Assembly (NCBI GenBank): GCA_965240325.2
Contig: OZ251234.1
Location: forward strand, 2,046,001 to 2,110,000
Direction: 5' to 3'
DNA: 64,000 nucleotides
Source of the DNA: Rebecca billardiae RCC1528
Lineage: Eukaryota; Protista; Haptophyta
Shown: positions 49,393-60,677 of the stretch, piece after piece
Position numbering within the stretch: position 1 is the first letter of the stretch
Layout: each line of letters opens with the position of its first letter
Notes under the pieces: model-generated
The model's input: the letters and a program-made list of their open reading frames with translations, nothing else
The model's database searches: none
Told to the model about the DNA's origin: nothing
Translations under genes and position numbers: made by a program

Positions 49393-49619
49393 ACTTCGAC
49401 AGACGAATCAGGAGAGCTGCGCCCTCGTGCCTGTGTCTTTAAATCATAGAATTAGTCGACGATGACGAGAATGAATTGGAATTGACGGGTCGGATTGGAG
49501 AATGAATGTTGGGCGCGGCGCCTGTTGTGGTACTAATTAATCTACTACTATGATTTATAATAAAGACACAGGTACCTCCGGGCACGAGGGCGAGCTCTCC
49601 TGATTCGTCTGTTCTCGAA
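49393..49619. repeat. Inverted pair of the dispersed ~65-bp repeat
   Basis: 49393-49453 and 49548-49619 are opposite-orientation copies of 5234-5301. Confidence 0.8.
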
Positions 49620-49762
49620 ATTAAAAGGGGGAGATGCTGTTTGCGAAAGACTCGCGCCGGTGCCTTCAGTTGTCGAGACGGTCGGTTGTCGAGACAAGAT
49701 TCGGTTATCTTGGTCGCCGGCCGAAATCATTACACACGTCCCTCGCTCGCTCTCGGTTCATC

Positions 49763-50823
49763 ATGCTGCGCACGCTGCTCCTCGCCACCGCCGTCTTCTA
49801 CGCCTCGGCGACGGATCACGACTACACGTGCGGCGACGTGGTCGAGTTCACCGACGGCGTGTGTGGCACCGGCATGTCGCAGTCGCCGATCAACATCAAC
49901 CCGGGCACCACGACGGAGATCCCAGCGTGCGTCGGCGTGCGCGGAGTCGCGTCCCCGCGCCGTGCCGCGTCGCGCGTGCCCTGACCCGACCCCTCCCCGC
50001 CCCTCCGCCGGCGCGGGCGCGCGCGCGCAGGTCCGACCTCAAGCTGCAGATGAAGTACCCGGCGGGCGTCGCGGTCACGTGGGACGGCAAGAAGTGGGAC
50101 ATCCACGCGAGCGGCGACGCGCACGTGCTCGCAATGAACCAGAAGTTCAACCTGATCCAGTTCCACGTGCACTCGCCGTCGGAGCACAACATCAACGGGG
50201 CGTTCCTCGGCGCGGAGGTCCACTTCGTCCACCAGAACCCGTCCACCCTGCAGCTCCTCGTCGTCGGCATCAAGTTCAGCGGCGCGGGCTCGACCGAGTC
50301 GCCGTTCCTCGAGCAGCTCGCCTTCTCGGCGATGGTGCGCGCCGGCCGGCGCCGTCGCGCGCACAGGGGCCGCACGCGCTCACGCCCGCACGCGCCCGCC
50401 CGCGCGTCCGCTCCCGCCCGCGCGCAGAACGACGACGGCAAGACCAAGTACTACGTGGACATGGACGTGACGCCGATGATCACCAACGTGCAGCACATGG
50501 GCTACTACACGTACATGGGCTCGCTCACGGCGGGCTCGTGCGCGGAGGACCTGATCTGGATCGTGAGCGAGCACATCGAGCCGGCGTCGCAGGCGCAGAT
50601 CTGCGACTACTTCGACAACAAGCAGGTCTTTGCCACTTCGCGCCCCGTGCAGCCATACAACGGCCGCGAGATCTCGCACTCGGCGTGGTACTACGGCGAG
50701 GTTGACGTGCCGACGCACGCGCCGGCGCCTTCGTGCCCGGCGGGCTGCGTGCAGGCGTCGCGCCGCCGCCTGCTCTTCGGCACCTTCTCCAACCCGTGCC
50801 CGGCGGGCTGCGTGCCAGCCTAA
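49763..50823 (+). CDS. Secreted alpha-class carbonic anhydrase (introns 49927-50030, 50335-50427)
   Basis: Signal peptide, QSPINI, zinc ligands in QFHVH..SEH and EVHFVH, YYTYMGSLT..C.E...WIV, RPVQPYNGR. Confidence 0.93.
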
Positions 50824-51226
50824 CCGACCCGCGGTGAGCACGCTTTCCGCAGCGGGAGTAGGACCTACTCTTCGGGTCGATTTTTCGGAGTCGGTCCCGC
50901 GGAATCGGACACGGACCGAACGGCCGCGCCCGTGACCGTGTCCGTGTCAGTCCACGGCCCGCGTTACTAGTACAGCGCAGTGCGGCATGGCCATCGTCGT
51001 CCTCAGAGTGACCGCGCCGTGAAGACCGGTGATTGACAGGCAGACTAGTTTACGGCTATCTATCTCCCTACTTGCCCGGAAGCCCCCGCGCGCGGCGCAG
51101 CGCGCCAGACCGTGACGGTGACGGCCCAGACGGGCCCGGACCCCGCGGGACCCGCCCTGATGGCTAGATACTGCCGCCTCAAGTGATACATTAATTAGTC
51201 ATCAGCCGATGAAATGATATATATAT

Positions 51227-51255
51227 GCCTGCCCGTTGCATACCACGTCGTTAAT
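51227..51255 (+). repeat. 29-bp 3'-terminal fragment of the CRE-like element, embedded in short (TA)n
   Basis: GCCTGCCCGTTGCATACCACGTCGTTAAT is the reverse complement of 46990-47018, with ATATAT on both sides. Confidence 0.85.
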
Positions 51256-51529
51256 ATATATACAATCGGACACGTAATCACTCATCGATGACTTTTTAGC
51301 TCAGCGAATCACTTACCTTGCGCAGGAAAAACGAAACGGGAATCACAACGAGTTCATAAGCGAATTGCGACGAACAACTTCATGAAAGGGGCTAATAAAC
51401 CGCCGTCGTCCAATCAAAACACTTCCGGCCGGGACGCTTCGCGCGGCGAATCCAAACTCCTGCTGCTCTCAAAAGGCGATCCACAACATCTTCCCCGCTC
51501 GCCACTGCATCTCCACGGGCTCAACCAAA

Positions 51530-52925
51530 ATGCCATCGCAGCCGACGATCGACGGAGGTGCCGCCCCCACGGCCGTGCTCATCAAGCAGCGGGTGCGCAC
51601 CCTAGAGCCGCTTCTGAACGCGCCCGCTCTCCGTACCTCGCGCGAAGCCGCGAGCGGTGACGCAGAGACTGCCGCCCTGCGTGAGAAGGTGCGCGCTCTT
51701 GCGCTCGAGGGCTCGCCGCCGCTTGGGCGGGCTGAGCTGCGCGAGCTCCGTGGGCTGGGCGAGGGCGAGTTCGCCGTCGTAAAGCTGTGCGAACTGTCGC
51801 CGGAGGCGACGAGGCGCTTCGGCGCGCGCCTCTCCGCCGCGCCGCGCGGGCCCGGCGGTGGCGCCCTGGTCGCGGTCAAGTGGCTGAGGACGCACGTGCC
51901 CGCCGCCGCCGAGCCGAGCTCGGGCGCGCCTTCATCGACCATCCGCAAGCCGACGGCCTTGCCCGCGCACGAGAAGACCAACTTCTTCGCCGAGGCCGCG
52001 CTGCTGCGTGCCTTCTCCCACCCGGCCATCATCAGCGCGTACGGCTGCTACGACTTTGACAACGACGGCAACGACAACAACAAGAGCGCCGCGCTCGTGC
52101 TAGTACGCGTCCGGTGGCACGCTCGCGGAGCGCGTGCGCCGGGGCCGCACGGCGTACACGGGCCCCGAAGCACTCGGCTGGCTCACCGAGCTCGCGCACG
52201 CGCTCAAGTACATCCACGCCGTCGCCATCGCGCACCGCGACCTCAAGCCGGACAATGTGCTGCTGGACGGCGCGGGCCACGTGCGGCTCATCGACTTTGG
52301 GCTCTCGCGGCTGCTGCTGCCGTCGCATGGCGGGCAGCAGCAGGGAGGCCAGGGGTCGAGCTCGGGGGGCGGCTCACCCACGAACGTGACGGCGGTGCAC
52401 CTGTCGCCGTCCTTCTCCACCGAGCGGCTGTCCTCCGCCGTATTCGGCGCGCGCGACAACAACAACAAACCGAACGCCGCGCGGATGACCGGCCGCACCG
52501 GCTCGATGCGCTACATGGCGCCCGAGAACTGGCGCGGCGAGGCGCTGTACACCACGTCGGTGGACGTCTTCTCGTTCGCCGTGATTGCGTGGGAGGTGCT
52601 CAGTGCCCGCCGAGCCTACTCGCAGATGCACTTCAGCCCCGACCAAGTCGTCGAGTCCGTCGCGAGCAAGGGGCTCCGCCCGTCCGTGCCCGAGACCTGG
52701 CCGCACGAGCTGCGTGAGCTGCTCGCGCGCTGCTGGGCCAACGACAAAGACGCGCGCCCGCCGATGGCGCGCGCCGCGGAGCAGCTTGACGAGCTCTACG
52801 CCCGCGCAGCGCATGACCCCAAGGCGCTCACTGGCTTGCTTTCACCTCCGCCCTCGCCGCTCGCTCGGATCAGCCGCTTCCTCGGCGGCGACCGACTCCG
52901 GCGGAAGGCGAAGTCCCTCACGTAA
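51530..52925 (+). CDS. Tyrosine-kinase-like (TKL) protein kinase with a frameshift at ~52101 (pseudogene or assembly error)
   Basis: [28 protein letters not shown], then in a second frame [35 protein letters not shown]....ARP. Confidence 0.85.
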
Positions 52926-53002
52926 TTCCTGGCGGCTGCTGATATGGCATCATCAGCATCAATTCATCATCAGCAGCATCAGGCTGACAATGTCGATGGC
53001 GG

Positions 53003-53199
53003 CTCTCTCTCGTCTGGTCTCTCAATCTCGCTCTCATCTCTCTCTAGTCTCTCTCTCTCTCTCATCGTCTGCTCTCTCTCTCATCTCTCTGGCTCAGTCT
53101 CTCTCTCTCGCCTCTCTGCTGACTCTGCGGCTCTCAGTCTCAATGTGGTCTCAATGCTCTCTCTCTCTCTCTCTCTCTTACTCTTGCGGTAGTCTCTCT
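53003..53199. repeat. Degenerate (CT)n tract
   Basis: Interrupted CT dinucleotide runs. Confidence 0.85.
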
Positions 53200-53265
53200 A
53201 CCGCCGGTCTGTTAACCGGACGATACGGACGAGACGACGACGATATATATACGCGACTATATCAG

Positions 53266-53525
53266 ATTAACGACGTGGTATCGGCACTGAACGGGCAGGC
53301 GTCAGTCAGACTGAGTCACGGCGTCAGACTCAGCAAGCTGTAGCAGCAGCAGATCGAGCAGCAGAGACAAACACCAGGATCAGCGCTCCTCCCCCCCCCC
53401 CCCCCCCTCGTAGTCGTCGCCCATCACTCCATCGCCGAGCGGAAGCTCGACGCACCGTCTGGCGTCGACGCGCGCGCGCCACGCCCACCGCGGTGGTCGC
53501 GGTGCCACGCGTCGTCAGCCGTCGT
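53266..53525 (-). mobile_element. 260-bp 3' fragment of the CRE-like element
   Basis: Aligns with 46990-47224 apart from small indels. Confidence 0.88.
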
Positions 53526-53938
53526 GAGATTCCCTATATATAACGCCACATATAGCGCAGTCGTCATTATTATGCGATGCATCATCATCATCAAGCTAGC
53601 ATCAGCTGCTGCTTATTAACGCGCGAGTCATTGCCGTCGTCGTCGTCGTCTCGGACGACCGCGTTGTCGCCGAGTCTCGACGAGGCCCGGACCGGCGCGT
53701 CGTCAGGCAACTAGTAACACGCGCGGCAGCCCCCAGGGCACGCGGACGGTGACTATAGCGCGCAGTGATAAGTCTGATGATGCGGCATCGGCCGCGCATC
53801 GGGCATATGGGCAGCAGCGCCGGTCGCGGGTAGTCAGGGCCGCAGGCGTCCAGTTGGGCGTCGCCGTCAGCCGCAGTCCGGTGACACACTGTTGATGATG
53901 ATGAAGCACTGTCACGATTCACGGGCTCGGCTGGCGCG

Positions 53939-56030
53939 CTACGCGTCGTGACTCGTCAGGTCCGTGGGCAGCCGCCTGCGCGCTGGCGAGTCCGGCCGCC
54001 TCACCGTCAGCTGGTGGTGGTGGCGCGGCGCCGCCGCCACGGCACTGCTCGCATGCTGAGTGGGCTGCCGGTCGCAGTCAGCGCCGGCCGTGCGCGCGCC
54101 CCAAGCACCACCGTCGGGCGCGCGCGGCGGCGCCGCTTCCGCTGCGGCGCCCTCGTCGGCGTCCGCTACGACGCCTGCGGCGGTGCCGGCGGCGGGCGGC
54201 GCGCCGTCCAGCGTGCGCCTGCTGCTCACAATGTCGAAGGCGGCGGCGCCGCCGCCGAGGCACGCGCGGCACGCCCCCGCCGCCGCCGAGGGCGCCCCGC
54301 AGCACGACGCGCACGCGCCGCCCGTGCCCTCCGCACGCGGGTGCAGCCGCCACAGGTCCGCGTGGTGCCACTGCGCGCCGCCCAGGATGGTGGGCTGCTG
54401 CCACACGCGCACGCGCCGGCACGCCTCGCCCCACAGCCGGCTGTCCGGGGCGCCGTCCGCGCCGTCTGCGCGTCCGCGGCCAGGCAGCGTCCACCGGCGG
54501 TAGCGCAGCGCAAGGTGCACGGCGCCGAGCAGGTGCGTGGCCAGCCACAGGGCGAGCACCGCCGCGGACGCGCGCCGCTCCGCCTCCTGGCAGGCGCGCG
54601 CGCCCCGGCCCCACCACCACGCCAGCCCCCGCGCGCCCTCCTCCTCCTCCTCCTCCTCCTCCTCCTCCGCGCGCGCGCACAGGTGCGCAAAGGCACAGAT
54701 CTTGAGCTGCGCGAGCACGTGGAAGCCGAGCACCGTCACGAAGTACACGTCCGTCCACGCGAGCGTGCGCCGCTGCGGCAGCAGCTCGTTGGTCGCAAAC
54801 TGACGACGCGCCCGGCGGGGCGGCGCGGCGCGCGCCGGCCGGTGGGCGGCGCAGCAGCGGCGGCGAGCGGGCCGCGGGCGCGCGCACGGCGCACGCGGCG
54901 TGCGCGATGGGCGCGCGTGGCCGGCCGGGCAGGGCGCACAGGGCGCACACCTTGATGGCGACGGCGGTGAGCAGCGAGGTGAGCACGAACGCCGAGCGCT
55001 CCGCGCCCTCCCACTCCGTGCGCCACTCCGCGAGCAGCACGCACAGCACGCTCAGGAACAGCGGCGCGCCGAAGTTGACGAGCACGTAGCTCGGGTTGCG
55101 CTGCACGCGCATGCACAGCGCGGGCTTGGACGAGCGCGCGGCCTCGTGCGCGCCGACGAGCACGGCGGCGCCGACGTGCTCCCACGACTCGGACGGGTCG
55201 ACCAGCGAGCGGTCCTGCGAGAAGAAGTACCCGTCCTCGCCGTACTGACGAAACATCGGCTCGGGCCGCTGGTGGCCCGCGGCGCCGCCGAGTGGCGCGT
55301 ACAGCGGCGCGCCGCGCGCGCCCGCGCGCACGTTGCGCAGCCGCGCGGGGCGCTCGAGCAGCGCCTCCCAGCCGTACGCCTTGGCGCGCCGCAGCCGCAG
55401 CACGACGGGCAGCAGGTGCCGGTCGAACGGGAAGTCGCTCGTCTGCAGCACGGCGAGCAGCTCGAGCGACCAGTGCAGCCGCGCGCACGCGATGCCGGAC
55501 GGCGCGTGGTAGCCGAGCCACAGCCAGCTCGCGTCGGCGTCGGAGGCCTGGTTGAGCGCGGGGCGGGCCGGGTGCAGCGGGAACGCCGTCTCGTCGTGCG
55601 GCACGATCTCGAACCCGCCGTTGAACGAGCCGTCCGCGCGGAACTCGCCGCGCTCGGCGAACGCGCTCGCGCGCTCGGGCGGCTCGCCCGGCCGGCGCAG
55701 CTGCGCGTGCTGCAGCCAGGCGGAGTCGTGCCAGCTGAGCTTGAGCTCGAGCTCGGCGCGGAAGCGCTGCGTCTTCAGCTCGAGCTCGTGCACCTTGCAC
55801 GTGCACACCATCCACACCTCGAAGCGCCGCCGCGCGCCCGGGCCGTCGGTGCCGTCACCTTCAACGCTCGCTGCCGTGCGCGGCCGCGCGTGCGGCGAGG
55901 TGGCGCGTGCGGTGGGAGGCATGCGCGATCTGTCGCCCGCCGGAGCGCCGCCTCCCTCCTCGCGCAGCCGCGCGTACGGCGACGGCGAGTGCGCGGCCGG
56001 CTGCGGCTGCGCAGCACGCATGGACGGCAT
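53939..56030 (-). CDS. Pentameric ligand-gated ion channel-like protein lacking the Cys-loop cysteines (intron 54800-54950)
   Basis: VHELELKTQRFRAEL.L.LSWHD, SDFPFDRHLL.V.LR, VQRNPSYVLVN..PLFL (M1), ERSAFVLTSLLTAVAIK|F (M2), LP....AWTDVYF (M3) and an M4-like segment. Confidence 0.8.
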
Positions 56031-56142
56031 GCAAGGGCGTGGTCGCGCGAGGGCCGGTCCGGACGACTCCTGTCCTGACCAGGCCTGCGGGAGCGCTGCT
56101 GCTGCCGTGAGTGCTGAGCATCAGAGCATGCCGTGCGTCGTC

Positions 56143-59100
56143 TACAGTTTACTAAGAATAAGAGACGCACACAGCTCAGGCAGGCGAGATTGACGCCCGC
56201 CAACTGTCACCGCCCATGAAGCCGTCGCCGATGGTAGCGCCGCCGGAAAAAATCGTTCAGCCGTCCGCCTGCGAGGCCTGGATGAGGGCTGCGGCCGCCT
56301 CGCGGCGCGCCAGCGCCCGTCGTCCTCGCCCCACCGTCGTCCACAAAACGTCGTCGTCCGAACTCGCCGACTGGGCGCCGATGCGACAGCGCGCCGACAG
56401 AATGAGGATGTAGTAGGGAATGTAGAGCCCCACTGTCGGTTGGGGAAGGTGTGTATCAAGCGGCATGACTGGGGTAGCTTATCACACAGAAGGCCTGGCC
56501 CTCAGGTGATATGTGCCCCAGTGTGGCGAGTCGGCCTCAAAGCCGGCGGCAGGGTTCTGTGGCCCTGAGCAGGGTTTGCTGGCGCATCAGCTGTGTGGGC
56601 CGGGGCGTCCGGCTGTTTGCGTTTGCGGGCCGGGGCCGGCACTGATGCCACCCCACCGCTCATGCTGGCCTGCATGTATGGCTGCTGCCCAAGGTCAGCC
56701 CCTGCTGGCTTCTCCCGGGCAGGCTGTGTCGGCGCGCCGGGTGCGCGCGAAGCGTCGTTTTGCTGGTGTGGAGCTGCAGTCATGCCTGCGCCGCGCGTGC
56801 GGCGCTGGCACAGCCTGGCAGACTTGCGTAGGGGCGGGGCGTCCGGCCCCGCAGGCGTCGGGGGTCTGGGCTGGTCAGGAGAGGGGGCGCCAGGCCAGAG
56901 AGGCTGCTTCAGGGTATCGGAATCCGGGCGGCTCCGTTTGGCCGGCGGGCCACGCCCCACCGCAGGGGGGTCGCCACGCGGCGCGACGGGTGGTGCTTGA
57001 GCGCCGGCGCTGCTGCTGGCACCTCCTTGGCTACACCCCCGGGGGTGTCCAAGCGGGGGGGCGAGTGCCACCGGTGACTGGGGGCTGCCTGTGCAGGCCC
57101 TGTGCATAGGGCGCTTACCGGTGCCCGCCGCGGTGCTGGGCGGAGGCAGCGCAGAGCTGTCCGGCAACCGCCGCTGCCCATCACCAGCACCTGTGCCATG
57201 GTCTTCAGGGCAGTCGTCTGGCCGGTCCCTGGGCTGTTTGCCGCGCCGGTTGCTTGTGGGGCAGCTCTCCCTGTCCTTGAGCCCCGGTCGGCTCGGCAGC
57301 GGCAGCACAGGCTCGTAGTGCCCGGTGCCATCAAAGTACACTGCTGCAAGAGTTGGGTCACGCGCAAGGAGGCGTTCGCGTACCGACTGTTGCTGGCGCG
57401 GGCCCACTGGAGCTCCTGCAGGCTCCCCCTGCGGGTGTTGCCAGCGTTGGGGGTCCGTATACACTGGGTTGTTCATGCTGGACCACCGCGGCACGTGCCT
57501 ATACAGCGTGCACGCCACCAGGTGCCCGACTGCATCAGAGCTCTCGGGCCTGCCTGCTGTCCCACCAGCAGGGGCAGCCTGGCTGGCGCGCGGCTGGAAC
57601 ACGGCGATGTCACGCCCCATGACGGCAGCAACCGCTGGTATCATGACCGTGGGCCAGTACCTCGACGCCCCACCGGCGGCGAGCCTGCCATCGGCCCCGT
57701 ATCGTGCGGCAGCCCTGAGCGGCGCGGCGAACTCTTGCAGGGTTGGCTGGGCGCCCTGCCCATGGTACGTGGCCCTATAGCTGTCTGACATGCTGATGGC
57801 CTCCAGTCCATCCGCATCCAATAGCCCCAGTTGGAGCCGGTGAGTCCGTGAGAGACGTGCCGTGCCGAGCACCCAGTCCACAGCAGCTGCCCTGAGGAAG
57901 CGGACTGCCTGGTAGGCGGCGGTGCAGGGGCCCACTGCGGCGGCACGCTCCTCGACATAGCCCATGGCTGCCAGCAGGAGGCAGTCCCCATGCATGCACG
58001 TAGGGTACACAGCATGCCCCGCTGCTGCCAGCAGCTCAGTGGCCGCCCCGCGCCACTGCGGCTGGACAGCAGCGTAGGCAGGCATAGGTGGCAGCAGCAC
58101 TGCTGGCCGCCGGTGTGCAGGGTGTTGAGAGTGGCCGGCAGCCACATCGTAGCTTGGGGGGCCCGCAGTGCGAGGGGTGGAGCCTGCTGCTGCTGCCAAC
58201 CGCCGCTGCTGGGCAGGGGGCCCACTCGCACCGTTTTCATCCTGGCGTGCCAGGGCGTCTGCATCGGGCGAGCGGGGCCGCCGCCTGCTGCCGCGCTGTG
58301 CGCCGTGCATCGCCGCGCCAGCCAGGCCAGCGTGCGCTGCTGCTGGCGGCTCAGCTGCGGCGCCCTCCGGCACCGGGCCCAGCAGCTGTGCAGGCAGGGG
58401 GTGGCTCGCCGCTGCTGGAGCAAGGCCAGGCCCCAACGCAGCGGGCGCCTGCGCATCGCTGGCGGGGGCATCTGTAGCCGGTGGGGCAGCTGCGGCCGGC
58501 TGCTGTTGCAGCAGCTCATTGGGGGCTGGCGAGTCTTCAGCAGGTGGGCCTGGCTCTGCCACCTCAGCAGCAGGGGCGGGCTCCGCCTGGCTGGCAGCCG
58601 CCTGGCCTTGCTTATGGAGGAGGGCCCAGTACTTATCCAAGTCGTACGTCTTGGCATACGCCGAGCTGAGGCTCAGCGCCCTGCGCTCGTCGTGGATTTT
58701 GCTGGCGGCCAGGGCCAAGGGCTTGTGGATCATCCCAGTGGCGTACTGCACCGGCTGGCCGCCAGGCGGCTGGTGGGCAGCCAGTGCTTGCTTCACAGCT
58801 GTGACAGTGGCCTCGGTCACCTTGCCAGCATAGTAGAAGGGGTGAAGCGTCGCCTGGACCGCGAGTCGGGTGGCTTCGGGCTGTGGGATGGCGCCATTCG
58901 AGGCCTTACGTATCGCAGCTCCCACCCTGTCCTCAGCTTTCCGCTGCGCGTGTGCGTGCGGGCACTGATGGAAGACGTGGTGCACGCTATCCAGGCCCTG
59001 GGTTCGGGTCCCCCGCCTTCAGGCAGAATAGGCACTCTGTGCCCAGGGCATAGGTCGCCTGCGAGCTGGTGCACCGTCGCCGGACACCAGCCAGGGCCGG

Positions 59101-59370
59101 TGTGGCTGCCACAGCATCCGCATTGTAAACCAGTGCACCGACCGCGCAGCGCAGCACAAACTTACTGATGCGCTCGCGGCACCACTGGTTCTGAAGCGAG
59201 TGTGTGGACTCGCGGACATCGCATGGGAGCGGGGCACCGCCCTGGTGGTCGGGTTCCTGGTCACTGTCGGGTCCAGCCAGTTTGAGCCTGTACTTCGCTG
59301 CTGCAGCAGGCGTGGCAGCATGTGCCTCCAGCGCAGCCCTGCGCGCCCTGTCCATGACGCGTACTCGTCT
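56143..59370 (-). mobile_element. 5'-truncated non-LTR retrotransposon: C-terminal CCHC knuckle plus OTU-like protease and 3' UTR
   Basis: CLFC...(frameshift)...DSVHHVFHQCP is typical of LINE ORF2 ends. ORF 56502-58985 contains HGDCLLLA...YW...AVAAVMGRDIAVF...GHYEPV. Its 3' terminus is dispersed at 25218, 30828 and 63884, and an internal copy starts at 63924. The 5' boundary is approximate. Confidence 0.65.
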
Positions 59371-59590
59371 TCATGTCTCTCACATGTATGCAGACACAGA
59401 GTTTGCCATATCCCACGTGGCGCATGCCCGCGCGCTATGGTACTAGCTGTACGTATGGATGTTGGACACGGCCGGCGGCCCGGGTCCGAAGAGCCGTGCA
59501 GTGCCGGCAGCGGTAGCTGGGTGCCGAGACGGCCGTTGCATTCAGAGTAGCAGCCGCGCCCGCTTCGCAGGCCTTCGCTCGGCAGCGCAC

Positions 59591-60646
59591 TCAGCGCCCC
59601 AGCCGCAGCAGCGCGCCCAGCCGCAGCAGCGCGCAGCGCAGCTCAGCGGCAGCACCGAGATCGCCAGCGGCCCGCGCAGCCTGCCCGCCCTGCCCCTGCC
59701 CCCGCCCCCGCTGGGCGCCCTCGGCGTGGGCGCGGCCGCCGCCGCCATCGGCATCGGCATCGGCATCGGCATCGGCATCGGCATCGGCATCGGCATCGGC
59801 ATCGGCATCGGCCTCCTCCCCGCCCCGGACTGGGGTGGCGGCACTGTCGCCCTCCTCCTCGTCATCGTCCTCCTCCTCCTCGTCGTCGTCGTCGTCGCTC
59901 GAGTCGGGCGCGCCGCACTCGCACGCCGCCGCCGCGGCCAGCAGCCGCTGCGCGCCGCCGGGCTGCGCGCCAACCTCCGCACCGGCGGCGGCGGCTGCTG
60001 CGGCGCACGGCGCGGCCCACGCGCCGCGCCGCGCCGCGGCCGCGGCGCACGCGCGCTGCAGCGGCGACGGCGGCGTCTGCTCCGCGTCCGCGCGCAGCAC
60101 CGTCGGCCCGAGCCAGCCGCCGTGCGCGCCCGCCGCGCCCGCCGAGCGCGCGCGCTCCGCCGCGCACAGCGCGCTGCAGAGCGCGCGCGCGCACGCGGCG
60201 AGCACACGCGCGCGCGCACAGTCGCACCCGCCGCCGCGCGCGCGCTCGGCGCGCGCGGAGGGCGCGCGTGCGGCGTGCGGCGCGGCATCCGGGCCGAGCG
60301 CGTGGCTCGCGCACGCCACGAGCGCGTCGATGACGCCGGCGCTGTGTGCGGCCTCGGCGCGCGCCACCGCCGCGTCCGCGCCCGCGCCCGCGCCCGCCCC
60401 TACGCCAGCTGCCGGCGGCGCCGCGCGCGCCGCGCGCGCCGTGCCGCCGCCCCGCAGCAGCGCGTCGATTGCAGCGCACGCGCCGCGCAGCACGGCGGGG
60501 TCGGGCGGCTCGTCGACGCCGAGCTGCGCGCGCAGCACGCGGTCGAGCGCGCGGAGCGCGCCCGCGCGCACGAGCGCGTCCGCGCGCGCGCACGCGCCCG
60601 ACGGCCCAGCAAGCGCGCCGCCGCCGTCGGCGGCGGCGGCGGCGGG

Positions 60647-60677
<31 letters not shown>

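Noticed and set aside
56143-56191. Motif TTTACTAAGA as U5 snRNA or a spliced leader
   Set aside because: It lacks the U5 GCCTTTTAC loop, stem and Sm site, occurs in both orientations relative to genes, and is contiguous with a LINE 3' end.
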